From positions 1 through 51,570 of the forward strand of contig JWZX01002769.1 of assembly GCA_001275005.1 (NCBI GenBank): a DNA stretch of 51,570 bases, given 5' to 3'. The stretch's first letter is position 1. Each line of letters opens with the position of its first letter. Source of the stretch: Chrysochromulina tobinii (Eukaryota). Positions 40,465-49,898 of this stretch are shown piece by piece. The notes below the pieces were generated by a model. That model searched no databases. It saw nothing but the letters and a program-made list of their open reading frames with translations, and was not told where the DNA came from. The translations under genes were made by a program, and so were the position numbers.

Positions 40465-43095
40465 ATGGAGTCGGAGGCGCGTTACATGCGCCGCAAGGTC
40501 AAGGCGGGCCTTATCGAGGCTGATCATGAAGAGTGCGCCATTGTGGTGCACTACGAGGTCGAGGCGACCGTGCTCGGTGAGCTCGGTGAGCCCATCGTGG
40601 CAGAGCGGCAGGAAAACACGAAGCGAATCAAGCTGAAGACGCTCTCCGAGAACACCAACATCCCACGGCTCGCCGAGGAGATCCTTGAGAAGTGCAAGCT
40701 CATCCACGCGTCCAAGCTCTCGCAGGTCGAGCAGCTCCTGCAGGAGCTGGTCGCCGAGCAAGGCCGCAAGGATCGCGGCGGGTCCTCCGCGGCCGCCGGG
40801 GGCAAGAAGCGCGGTAAGGGTGAGAAGAAGGCGGGCAAGAGCGCCGACGGCGACGCCGAAGAGAAACCGAGCCTAGATAAGCTCGATCAGTATATGGAGG
40901 CGATGTACGAAGAGCCGGAGGCAGCGACCAAGGCGACGTACAACATCCTGCAGCTCGCGCGCACGGCAGAGAACCTGGAGCCGCTGCTCGAGAACGAAGC
41001 GCTGCTCGGGCTGCTCGCCCGGCTACTGCAGGAGGAGGGTCCCAAGTCGATGGACCTCTCGGTCAACATCCTGTACATCCTGTACTCGTTCTCCAACTTT
41101 TCGCAGTTCCACCAGCTGCTCTCGCAGGCGCGCGTGGGCGCCAACGTACTCGAGGTGGTCGAGCGCGAGGCAAAGCGGTCGCGCCTGCGCGAGCTCGAGC
41201 AGGCCAAGGCCGAGAAGGAGGGCCGGCCTGTGCACGCCGACCCGCTCGAGGAGAAGAAGGATCGGCTCAAGATCCGCAAGCAGGAGAAGCTGCTCTACGT
41301 CTGCTTCCACGTGCTGCTGAATCTGGCGGAGGAGCCCGAGGTGGAGCGCAAGATGACAAAGCGCGGGATCGTCGGGCTGCTCACGGCGATGCTCGGGCGC
41401 AAGCAGAACACCGAGCTGCTCGTGCTCTCGCTCCTCTTCCTGATGAAGCTCGCCATCTTCAAGGAGAACCTGCCCTCGTTGAGGGAGAAGCCTTCGAAGG
41501 CTGAGAAGGGCGCCCTGCCGGCGCTCATCATGGCGCTCACGGCCTTCGTGCCGCACCAGCAGGAGGCGCTGCTCGCGACGGCGCTGCGGCTGCTCTTCAA
41601 CCTCTCCTTCGACCAGCAGCTGCGCGCCGCGATCGTCTCGAGTCAGGCTGGGCTGCTCCCCAAGCTCGCGACGCTGCTGCGCTCGACCAAGGGGCGGAAC
41701 CAACAGCCTCTCGTGCTCCGGCTGCTCTACAACCTCTCGGCCGAGCCGTACGCGCGCAAGGCCATCGGGGAGACCGAGGCGCCCAAGCAGATCGTGAAGC
41801 AGGTGCTCGCATGCGGCGAGCCGCAGCTGCCCCTCGAGCTCGCTGCGCTCGCGATCAACGTAGCGGCGGACGAGGCCTCGGCAAAGGCCATGGCAGCCGA
41901 CGGGACTCCCATTCAGCAGCTCGTCGACCGGCTGTACCAGAGCCGCGATCCGCACCTGATCAAGTTCCTGCGCAACCTGGTGCTACACCCGGGCGTGGGC
42001 GCGCACCTGCTTCCCTTCCTCGCCGATCTCATCGCCCTCGCGCAGCAGGTCGACGCGCCTGAGACACTCGTAGAGCTGCTGGGCATCGTCGGCTCGTTGC
42101 CGCTGCACGAGGTGCGTGAGTTCCCGGAGCTGGCTCGTCGGTACTCGTTGCTCGACTTCCTCGCGCGCTACCTCACGCCTGGCTTCACCGACGACGATGT
42201 GCTGCTCGAGGTGGTCGTCGTCATCGGGCAAGCGGCGATGCACCCGCGCATCGCCGCGCAGCTCGCCCAATCCCGCATCCTCACCTCCCTCTACACGCTC
42301 ATCACCGAGAAGCAGGAGGATGACGAGATCGTGCTCCAGATCCTGTACGCTTTCTTCCACCTGCTGCAGGCGCCCGAGCCGCGCTACGCGCTGCTCCAGC
42401 AGACGCAGCTCGTCATCTACCTGCTCGACCTTCTCCTTGACAAGTGCGAGGCAGTGCGCCGGATGGCCAACCTGTGCCTTGACGTGGTCATCGAGACGGA
42501 CGAGACGTGGGCACCGCAGATTCGGCAGCGCAAGTTCCAGATGCACAACAAGGAGTGGCTCGAGGTCGTCGACGAGGACGAGGCCGAGGAGTACCAGGAC
42601 GCCGTCGCTCTCAACAATGCGATGGCCTCGCTCCACATGAACCAGCCGCTCGACGCGGCGGCGCTCGACGATGCCGGATACGCGGACGAGGCTGGCTACG
42701 GCGGCGCGTATGGCGACTCGGGCCTCGACGGCGCCGACTTCGGCGCGGGCGGCGACGGCTACGGCGCCGATGCCGTGGGTGCACGTGGGGGGTACAGCGC
42801 GTACGGCGGCGCCGACCCATACGGGAGCGAGTACGGTGCAGGGCTCGAGGCCTATGGGCAGGACACCGATCAGGATACCGATCTCTACGGTGACGGGCTG
42901 GGCCGCGACCCTCATTTGGGCCGCGACCCGTCCCTTGCGCACGGGTCGGCCGCGCTACACAACGCGGCGTCGTCGCATTTGGGCACGGGAGTATTAGACG
43001 GCTACGCGGACGGCGACGACGTCGGGGATGACGACTATGACTTTGACCAGGACGACGACGACGGCCAGTACGAATACGGCCGAGGGCAGTACTGA
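40465..43095 (+). CDS. KIFAP3: Kinesin-associated protein 3 (KAP3/FLA3), kinesin-2 accessory subunit, 876 aa, intronless
   Basis: AIVVHYEVEATVLGELGEP, KQEKLLYVCFHVLLNLAE, KQEDDEIVLQI and KFQMHNKEWLE; Gly/Tyr/Asp-rich tail. Confidence 0.95.
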   Translation: MESEARYMRRKVKAGLIEADHEECAIVVHYEVEATVLGELGEPIVAERQENTKRIKLKTLSENTNIPRLAEEILEKCKLIHASKLSQVEQLLQELVAEQGRKDRGGSSAAAGGKKRGKGEKKAGKSADGDAEEKPSLDKLDQYMEAMYEEPEAATKATYNILQLARTAENLEPLLENEALLGLLARLLQEEGPKSMDLSVNILYILYSFSNFSQFHQLLSQARVGANVLEVVEREAKRSRLRELEQAKAEKEGRPVHADPLEEKKDRLKIRKQEKLLYVCFHVLLNLAEEPEVERKMTKRGIVGLLTAMLGRKQNTELLVLSLLFLMKLAIFKENLPSLREKPSKAEKGALPALIMALTAFVPHQQEALLATALRLLFNLSFDQQLRAAIVSSQAGLLPKLATLLRSTKGRNQQPLVLRLLYNLSAEPYARKAIGETEAPKQIVKQVLACGEPQLPLELAALAINVAADEASAKAMAADGTPIQQLVDRLYQSRDPHLIKFLRNLVLHPGVGAHLLPFLADLIALAQQVDAPETLVELLGIVGSLPLHEVREFPELARRYSLLDFLARYLTPGFTDDDVLLEVVVVIGQAAMHPRIAAQLAQSRILTSLYTLITEKQEDDEIVLQILYAFFHLLQAPEPRYALLQQTQLVIYLLDLLLDKCEAVRRMANLCLDVVIETDETWAPQIRQRKFQMHNKEWLEVVDEDEAEEYQDAVALNNAMASLHMNQPLDAAALDDAGYADEAGYGGAYGDSGLDGADFGAGGDGYGADAVGARGGYSAYGGADPYGSEYGAGLEAYGQDTDQDTDLYGDGLGRDPHLGRDPSLAHGSAALHNAASSHLGTGVLDGYADGDDVGDDDYDFDQDDDDGQYEYGRGQY

Positions 43096-43560
43096 ACGCC
43101 TGGGCGAGGATCTGCCCGCGCACCCGTCGCAGAGTGTGCGTGCGATGAGAGTATGAGGGGTGTCCGGACTCTGGTCTCTGCACGTTCCCAACATTCCGGT
43201 ATACGGCCGTTTGCGCGTGGGGAGCGTGCGCGTGAGATAGGCAGAGGGGCTCGGCGATCCGCCGCCGTCTGATTGATGTCTGTTCTGACTTTCGTATGTG
43301 GCTGGCTCTCCGGCGGCCGGGCCGTGTGGGTGCATGTATTGGAAGTTTAAAGACACAACTGTAAATGTCCTCTGCAACTAAACTCGGCCTGTGTCCTGTG
43401 TCGGAGGGGATGCGGGGTTGAAACGATAAAGTCGTGTTAACGTTCACGCATCTAAACTAAAACTTGGATCGTGTCCGCGGGTGCGGCGGCGGTGGCGGCG
43501 GCCGCCCGCCCGGCGTGGTCCTCCCTCCGAGCTCGCCGCAAGTCTTTCCAGGGGCCGTGG

Positions 43561-44385
43561 ATGTGGTGGAGCGCCCTTAGTCTTGCATATCTGCTCGCGG
43601 GTCCGTCGAGGTACGATGCCCTGTCGCGGCACGCGCCCCTGCGGTGCACAGCCGTCTCGCCGTTAACCATCAGCACGGCAAACTTTTGGGACTTCAGCAC
43701 CGAGTGCAGAGTTGGGCTGCCAACCACAACGCACGTGTGCGAGGTCGCCACGCTGCTCGTCGAATGCTTCTACACCGGCGGAGAGGAACTGCCACGAGCT
43801 GCCGACGGCTTTATGAGTATCGAACCTAGAGATGTTTGTGATGCGTTGCCTGCACACTTGGACGAGGCTCCTGGGCCAGTGAAGGAGCGTTGGCGACTCG
43901 CGGCCAAGGGCCTGCAATGGAGGCTTGGAGGGCGGTTGGAGGAACCTGTTCTCGACGTCTCGATGGAGACCTCGCTTATGCTCGTGCTGCAGGATCGTGC
44001 TACCCAGCGCATGGTCGCGTGTGCGGAGCTCTCCTTGCGGCCTGTCGATGGAAAGCTGCCGAGTGAGTTTGCGTGCCCGCCCCTCTTCATGCTGCACAGC
44101 GAGGCGAAGCTTGGCGCCTACCTGAGCAACCTCTGCGTCGCAGCGACGCACCGTCGGCGAGGCCTGGCGAAGCGGCTGCTGGCCACTTGTGAAGACGTTG
44201 TGCGCAACAACTGGTCGTTGCCGGCGTTGTATTTGCACGTCGATTTGAAGAACACCGCGGCGGCGGAGATGTATCGGGCGTGCGGCTACGAGCAGCTGCC
44301 CGACTACGATCAATACTGCAGGCCGCCTGCTCCTGAGCAGGCTGATCGCGTGCTCAATCGTTATCATCAGAAGGTCTTGGTTTGA
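43561..44385 (+). CDS. GNAT-family N-acetyltransferase, possibly plastid-targeted
   Basis: YLSNLCVAATHRRRGLAKRLL (acetyl-CoA motif A), LYLHVDLKNTAAAEMYRACGY; signal plus transit-like N-terminus. Confidence 0.85.
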   Translation: MWWSALSLAYLLAGPSRYDALSRHAPLRCTAVSPLTISTANFWDFSTECRVGLPTTTHVCEVATLLVECFYTGGEELPRAADGFMSIEPRDVCDALPAHLDEAPGPVKERWRLAAKGLQWRLGGRLEEPVLDVSMETSLMLVLQDRATQRMVACAELSLRPVDGKLPSEFACPPLFMLHSEAKLGAYLSNLCVAATHRRRGLAKRLLATCEDVVRNNWSLPALYLHVDLKNTAAAEMYRACGYEQLPDYDQYCRPPAPEQADRVLNRYHQKVLV

Positions 44386-44646
44386 AGCCAATGTAACATA
44401 CTCCGAAGCACTTTTAATTAAATAATACGGCTTTTGTGTGCGGCTGCCCGCTGAGTGGCGCTTCACCGCACCGCGATTTTTCTCAGTCGTGAATTTATCA
44501 TGAATGTCTTTGAGAAGAAAATATGTTTGTGGGGGAAATTTTGTGTCATTTCGTGTCATGTTATTATGAATGAAAGGTGTTGTACTTTTTTGAGAGTTGT
44601 GTTTTTGTGAAGTGTTGTGAATCAATTTTTCGAAATGTGATTGCGA

Positions 44647-46563
44647 ATGGCAGCTTCCGCTCTCAACCTTGCGGTCTTCTGCATGCAGACGGCGCCATAC
44701 CCACTGCCATATCCGCATTCGCCGCAATTACACGACAAAAGTTCGAGGCTGTACGTCGTCGCCACGGACGCCATCAACGACCGAGCTGACGTTGTGACCG
44801 TCGCGACGCTCGCGGGGTGGCTCGCTCGGGAACGTGTGCCTGAGATTTTCACGGTGCAGAAGGCCATCGATGATCCTGAGGACTCTAACGCCTTCTGGTT
44901 GCGCCAGTTGGCTGGCGAGTACGGCACCATCAACACAACGTTCTTGGCCGATAGCGGTGCTCTTCTCGCTCACTTTGCGCCGCGGATGAGCGGTTACGTT
45001 CGCTTCGACCTCGACAGCAAATTCGGGTCCGCCAATGCAGCCATAACCCGCTGCAGCGCCGGCAACGGCCTGGTCGCCGCTGGGACCGCCGCTACGGCCG
45101 CACTGCTAGAGTCGCTCGGCGTCCCGTTGCAGCACGACTCGACGAAGGAGACTGCCAGCGCCGCCTTCGAGGCGTCGAAGGCGACGCTGTCCGATCGCCT
45201 CGCCACCTTTGCGCCAAATGACGGCAGCAAGGCGCACTGCATGGCCGGGTACGCGGTCTTCAGCCGGAGCCCGGTCATCGAGTTCCCTGCGTCGGGCGAC
45301 GCGGCGAGCGTCGCGGTCATCGCTCGACTCAATGCTTCTACGCACGCAGGGGTGGCGATGGGTTGGCACAGCGGCGATGAGTTTGAGTATGTAAAGGCGC
45401 TCAGCCGGGGCGGCGCGTGGGCGCACGCGAGCGACTGGTCGCAGGACCTGTACGCGCTCTCCAACCTCGCCGCGCACTCGAATGCGCTCGCACGCCTTCG
45501 AACGACGCCGCCGAGAGGTCTACCGCTTTCGGCTGCGACGCACGCACACGAGTCGAGCGCCATGCCGGGCGCCGGCCGCTCGGAGCGCCATGCCGAGCGC
45601 CGGCCGGTTCAGGCGGCTCACACCGTCGCATTCGTCATGAGCGACGGCGACAACCTGTGCTGGCTCCAAGGCGACTGGCGCAAGGCGTCGTGGTATGGTT
45701 CGCCCGATCGCGGCGAAGTGCCCATCGGTTGGACGTTTGCACCGGCCGCGGCCGAACTAATCCCCACAGTGCTTGAATGGGCACGGCGGGGCGCCACCGT
45801 GAATGACTCGTTCATCGCAGGGCCGAGCGGCGCGGGGTACTACTTCCCAGACGCCGTCCCGATCGACCGGCGTGACGCGTTCAAGCAGGCGACGGGACAG
45901 CTCATGGAACTGAGTGGCATGGATCTCCTCAACGTCATTGGCGCGGCGCCGGCGGCGGAGGCACTCGAACCGTTGCTGGCCTCAGCGGCGGTGCGTGCCC
46001 TCTTCTTTTGGACCTACGGCGCGGGCTACTCAGGCATGCGCGGCAACGTAGCGTGGCTCGGCGGGAAGCTGGTCGTCGGGGGGCGTGTCTCGCTCTGGGG
46101 CGAGTCAACCGACGTCTCAAGTACCATGGTCGGGCCGGAGGCGCTTGTGCGTGTGCTGAGCAGCCTGCCCAAGGACCCCACTCATCCAAATAGCTACTCA
46201 CTCATCCCGGTGCATGCGTGGTCACACAACACAAGCTCGGTGCGCCACGTGGCGGAGGCTCTCGAGGCACTCGGGGGGTTCGACGTGGTCTCGCCCTCGG
46301 AACTCGTCGAGCGGCTGACGGCGTTCACGCCCCACACCTCGATGTGCCCGATGCCGCGTGGATCGTGGTCGCAGGTGTGCCTCGACTGTACCCTTTCGGG
46401 CAACGGCACGTGCGTTCTCGACTGTAATAACTGCGGGGGCAAGCGCGCGGCGTGTGATCTGAGCGTCTGCTCTGACGCCCTTACCATCGACTCACACATG
46501 AGGTTTGTTTGCGAGGATGGCACGCTGTGCCCTGCAGGTAGGGAGCCCATCGGCGGCATGTGA
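44647..46563 (+). CDS. GxGYxYP-family putative glycoside hydrolase with a C-terminal Cys-rich module
   Basis: AFVMSDGDN, WYGSPDRGEVPIGWT, FIAGPSGAGYYFPD and YSLIPVHAWS; intronless. Confidence 0.82.
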   Translation: MAASALNLAVFCMQTAPYPLPYPHSPQLHDKSSRLYVVATDAINDRADVVTVATLAGWLARERVPEIFTVQKAIDDPEDSNAFWLRQLAGEYGTINTTFLADSGALLAHFAPRMSGYVRFDLDSKFGSANAAITRCSAGNGLVAAGTAATAALLESLGVPLQHDSTKETASAAFEASKATLSDRLATFAPNDGSKAHCMAGYAVFSRSPVIEFPASGDAASVAVIARLNASTHAGVAMGWHSGDEFEYVKALSRGGAWAHASDWSQDLYALSNLAAHSNALARLRTTPPRGLPLSAATHAHESSAMPGAGRSERHAERRPVQAAHTVAFVMSDGDNLCWLQGDWRKASWYGSPDRGEVPIGWTFAPAAAELIPTVLEWARRGATVNDSFIAGPSGAGYYFPDAVPIDRRDAFKQATGQLMELSGMDLLNVIGAAPAAEALEPLLASAAVRALFFWTYGAGYSGMRGNVAWLGGKLVVGGRVSLWGESTDVSSTMVGPEALVRVLSSLPKDPTHPNSYSLIPVHAWSHNTSSVRHVAEALEALGGFDVVSPSELVERLTAFTPHTSMCPMPRGSWSQVCLDCTLSGNGTCVLDCNNCGGKRAACDLSVCSDALTIDSHMRFVCEDGTLCPAGREPIGGM

Positions 46564-47180
46564 TTCGTGCTTGCGTGCCTCCGATCGCGGCTCGGTGAAG
46601 TCCCTGGCCCGCCCCTCCGCCCTGGGTAGGAGCATAAATGGCACGGCAGTGCACCGGGTGTGCCGCGTTGAAAGTCGAACCGTAACGCCTGCGGCCTGGC
46701 CGCACCACCGGCGCACCCGCACGCGCGAGGTGACGCAGCGCGCGCACCTGTCGTCACCCGGCCGGGCTAACCCTTCACGCGCCTTCAGAGGCCGAGGACG
46801 TGAGCGCATGTGTGCACGGGTTTTCGGGGGACGAGTGATAGGATATCGTGCTTTCTGCAAACAATATGTACAAGCCCCGCCGGGCCGACCCCTCGCACAG
46901 CGCGCGCTCCTCAACACACGTGTTCGGCCTCGACTTTTCTCTTGTCAGCGGCCGCGCACTCGCTCTCTGTCTCTGGCACCAGGCGTCACTCGCTCTTTGG
47001 CACCAGGCACGTCGTCGGGGTTTTCTCCTGCCCTGTCCTCTCAGTCAGGCCATGGCTGCCGCTCCTCCGCTGTCCTCGCACACCGCCTCCACATCGCTTA
47101 CGCATCGCCGAGCAAAGTCTGCGCGAAAAACATCGCCTAGACTGCGCTGGTCTGCGAGGTCCCGCACTCCGCCGCGCGTC

Positions 47181-47834
47181 TCAGCACGTGGCGACGCGTG
47201 GCAGGCCGACCGCACACATGCGTTTGCGCGGCTCGTCTCTGGGAGCGTCAGCCTCCAGCTCGAGCACGCTGAGAGAGCACGCAAGCGCGACCACGTTGGC
47301 GTAGCCGCTGCGGCAGCGCTTGCGCCAGTCGCAGCGCAGTGCCGCCAGGATGTCGAGAGCGTCCGTCGACACACCCGACGAGGCCTGCTGCAGAACATCA
47401 AGTTCCGAAGTTACGGCGCTTAGGTCGTCTTCAAGGCGAAGGACCTCATCGTCCAAGGCGGAGCTCTCCGCGCGCTCGGCCTCGAGCACCTGCATGTTGT
47501 GTGGCCATCACAAGTCAGAGCTGCAGTGGGCGAACATGGGAAAGCGGGACAGAGATGCACGTGCGAGGCTCGGCGAGGGCAAAGAGACTTTGGCAGGTGG
47601 ATGCAGTGGGCGCACCTCGGAGACTTGCCGTGCGCTCCCGGCGGACTGCAGCGTCTTCGCCACGATCTGACTCACATCCTCACCCATCCGATCGATAGTC
47701 TCACGCTGGTGCTCGAGTCGGCGGCTCGACTCAGCAGCTGAGCGGTCGAGGGCCTCGATGGCGGCGGCTGAGCGTGCGTGCTCCTCCTTCATGCGCGAGA
47801 GGAGCTGGAGCAGACCGCCGGAGTCGAGCTCCAT
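47181..47834 (-). CDS. Hypothetical coiled-coil protein; exons 47834-47616 and 47489-47181
   Basis: GAG|GTGCGC donor, CTGAC branch-like site, ATGCAG|GTG acceptor (126-nt intron) join two heptad-rich ORFs in frame. Confidence 0.5.
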
Positions 47835-48213
47835 CGAGAAGCGCGAAGAGAATCCAATTTTCCTGATGGCTACACCCGAATCAGAGTTACCGATGCGAAA
47901 TAACCAAACCAAATTGCCGTCGGTGTCCCCCCCCAAATTAAACAGAAAACGTTGATATCGGCGATCGGAGATGCCGCTGCCTCTATTTCTAGCCGTTGGG
48001 CCACTCGAGAGGCGTCTTCGAACTTCAACTTGCTCACACATGTGCTCATGACTTGCCGCTGTTGTCAGTTCACAACTCAGTTCTCGCGTGTTGGGTTATG
48101 CTTATGGGTAGCTATACTCACCGGAGGGCCCAACAGCAACACAGAACTCTACAAGCGAACCTATTGATAAACTATAGATCCCACCCTACTGAGCAGAATC
48201 ATGGTACATGGAC

Positions 48214-49395
48214 CTAGATGCGCCGGCCATTGCGTCGACCTAGGTCCTGAACATCTCCAGGTGCAGCGCCAGGCACCAGATTGTCCGGGTAGTGCATCCG
48301 TGCCCCAACTGGCTTGCCGCACACCTCCACCTCAAACGTGTACAACGGCTGGTCTGTCTCGAGACGCGCGCACGCACGCACGACGACGCGCTTGCCCGCC
48401 TCGACTTGCAGCTCCTCCGAGAGCAGCATGAACACGTTCGGCCAGTGCGAGCCGGGCTGCGCGCTCGACACGTCCGGCACGGACGCGTCCGCGTCGGTCA
48501 TGAACACCTCCACGTGCAGTGCCAAGCCACGGAGCGCGCCTGGGCGCTCGAGTACGAACTCGAGAGTGACATCGTGCACGCCCTCGGGTGCCGCGGCATC
48601 GAACCGAAGGTCCTCGAATGTTTGCGGCGCGGCGAGCAGCACGTCGCGGGGCAGTGAGGGCAGCTTCAGAACCGTGGCACCAGGCGCCGCTAGCATCGGG
48701 AAAGGAAGCGAGGCGAAGTAGTGCGCGCCAGGGAACTCGGCTGGAGCGAGCAACGTGCGCGCACGCACCGGTATCGACACGATCGCTGGCGCGACGGCTG
48801 CACTCTCAGCGGCTGATTCGGAGTCGCCAGCAGATGCGTCGGTGGCCGCTGTGGCGGTGGCTGACGACAGGACTCTAGTGGTTGTTGCCAGGTGCCGCTT
48901 CGCAGCGTCTCGCACTGCCACCACCACACCCTCCGCACCCGCAATCTCGCCGAGGATCTCGTGCAGCAGCAAGTCTACGCGGCGCGGCAGCTGCACGTCG
49001 GTCGAGTAGCCCTGAAGCACCGTCACACGATCCGAGAGCTGAAGGTCAGCCACTGTCTGGACCGCGGCAGCATACGCCTGCGCGTTCGCCTCAATCGCGT
49101 ACACGTGGGCCGCGCCAGCTCGTGCTGCCATGACCGCCAGCAGCCCCAGCGCGCCCGTTCCAATGTCGAGACAGACGCGGCCAGAAGCGACCGCTTTGAT
49201 GGCCTGCTCGTAGGCGCACGTGCGGGCGTGGTCGTCACGCATCCGTGCGTACGTCTCGTCTGTGTAGCGTTCGCACAGTGAGCGTGGATCTGGGCCGAGC
49301 GACATTTGTGGGCGATGGCAGATAGTTCTCGAGGCGGCCCGCGTCGTTAGGAGAGCGGGCAGGAGCTGTTGGACACGTGTGAGCCATTTTGCCAT
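48214..49395 (-). CDS. Protein arginine methyltransferase-like SAM-dependent methyltransferase (single catalytic module)
   Basis: MRDDHARTCAYEQAI, LDIGTGALG, VYAIE, double-E loop HEILGEIAGAEG, THW-like SHWPN. Confidence 0.82.
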   Translation of the reverse strand: MAKWLTRVQQLLPALLTTRAASRTICHRPQMSLGPDPRSLCERYTDETYARMRDDHARTCAYEQAIKAVASGRVCLDIGTGALGLLAVMAARAGAAHVYAIEANAQAYAAAVQTVADLQLSDRVTVLQGYSTDVQLPRRVDLLLHEILGEIAGAEGVVVAVRDAAKRHLATTTRVLSSATATAATDASAGDSESAAESAAVAPAIVSIPVRARTLLAPAEFPGAHYFASLPFPMLAAPGATVLKLPSLPRDVLLAAPQTFEDLRFDAAAPEGVHDVTLEFVLERPGALRGLALHVEVFMTDADASVPDVSSAQPGSHWPNVFMLLSEELQVEAGKRVVVRACARLETDQPLYTFEVEVCGKPVGARMHYPDNLVPGAAPGDVQDLGRRNGRRI

Positions 49396-49403
49396 CCACA
49401 CGT

Positions 49404-49690
49404 TATGGTTTACCGGTACATTGTATTGACTTGACTTGACTTGTAAAAAGACACCGCGGGGGGAGCCGGGACTCACACGGGACACGCGGACGCACAAAGG
49501 AACACGGACCGCACAGACGAACCTCACAACCATCCAAACCCACCAACAACACACACCCCGCACGTCAGCGCGACGACCGAAGCCGCGGCCGACTCAACAG
49601 CCGCAGGCCCGGTGGGAGCCGACCGCACGCCGCGGCCGACTCAGAAGAGGCCGCCCCCAGCGAACCCGACCCTGCTATGGTTACCGGTAC
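49404..49690 (-). mobile_element. Longer SINE-like copy (~255 bp) with a (CAAGT)3 tail, flanked by the ~15-bp direct repeat TATGGTT(T)ACCGGTAC
   Basis: tatggtttaccggtac at 49404 and tatggttaccggtac at 49676; the 3' ~115 bp match 38231-38349. Confidence 0.75.
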
Positions 49691-49786
49691 CGGTAAAAAG
49701 ACACCGGTAGTCAAGTCAAGTCAAGTCAAGACACCAATCGCAAGACACACTGCACACACGGGACACACACGGGACACGTACCGGTA
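49688..49786 (-). mobile_element. Degenerate related repeat copy interrupted by (TCAAG)4 and bounded by TACCGGTA sites
   Basis: Reverse strand reads taccggta-cgtgtcccgtgtgtgtcccg...(TTGAC)n...ccggtgtcttttt-accggta; AAGACACC flanks the pentamer array. Confidence 0.6.
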
Positions 49787-49898
49787 CAGCGGTTTTACTG
49801 TCGAACGGAACCACCGTGAAAGCAATACAGGTCTCTCAACCCGTTCACACTTCTATACCGTCACATACATCAAATATTCAAGTAAAGCGGATGTACTC

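Noticed and set aside
44390..44640. AT-rich island as a MITE or foreign insert
   Set aside because: No terminal repeats or TSD found; compatible with a 3' UTR plus promoter.
46564..47180. Several overlapping short ORFs and a short ggcaccaggc repeat
   Set aside because: No coding signature or family match; treated as convergent UTR or intergenic DNA.
49560..49675. tRNA or tRNA-derived head for the SINE-like element
   Set aside because: No cloverleaf or convincing A/B boxes by eye; GGTTCG is present without B-box context.
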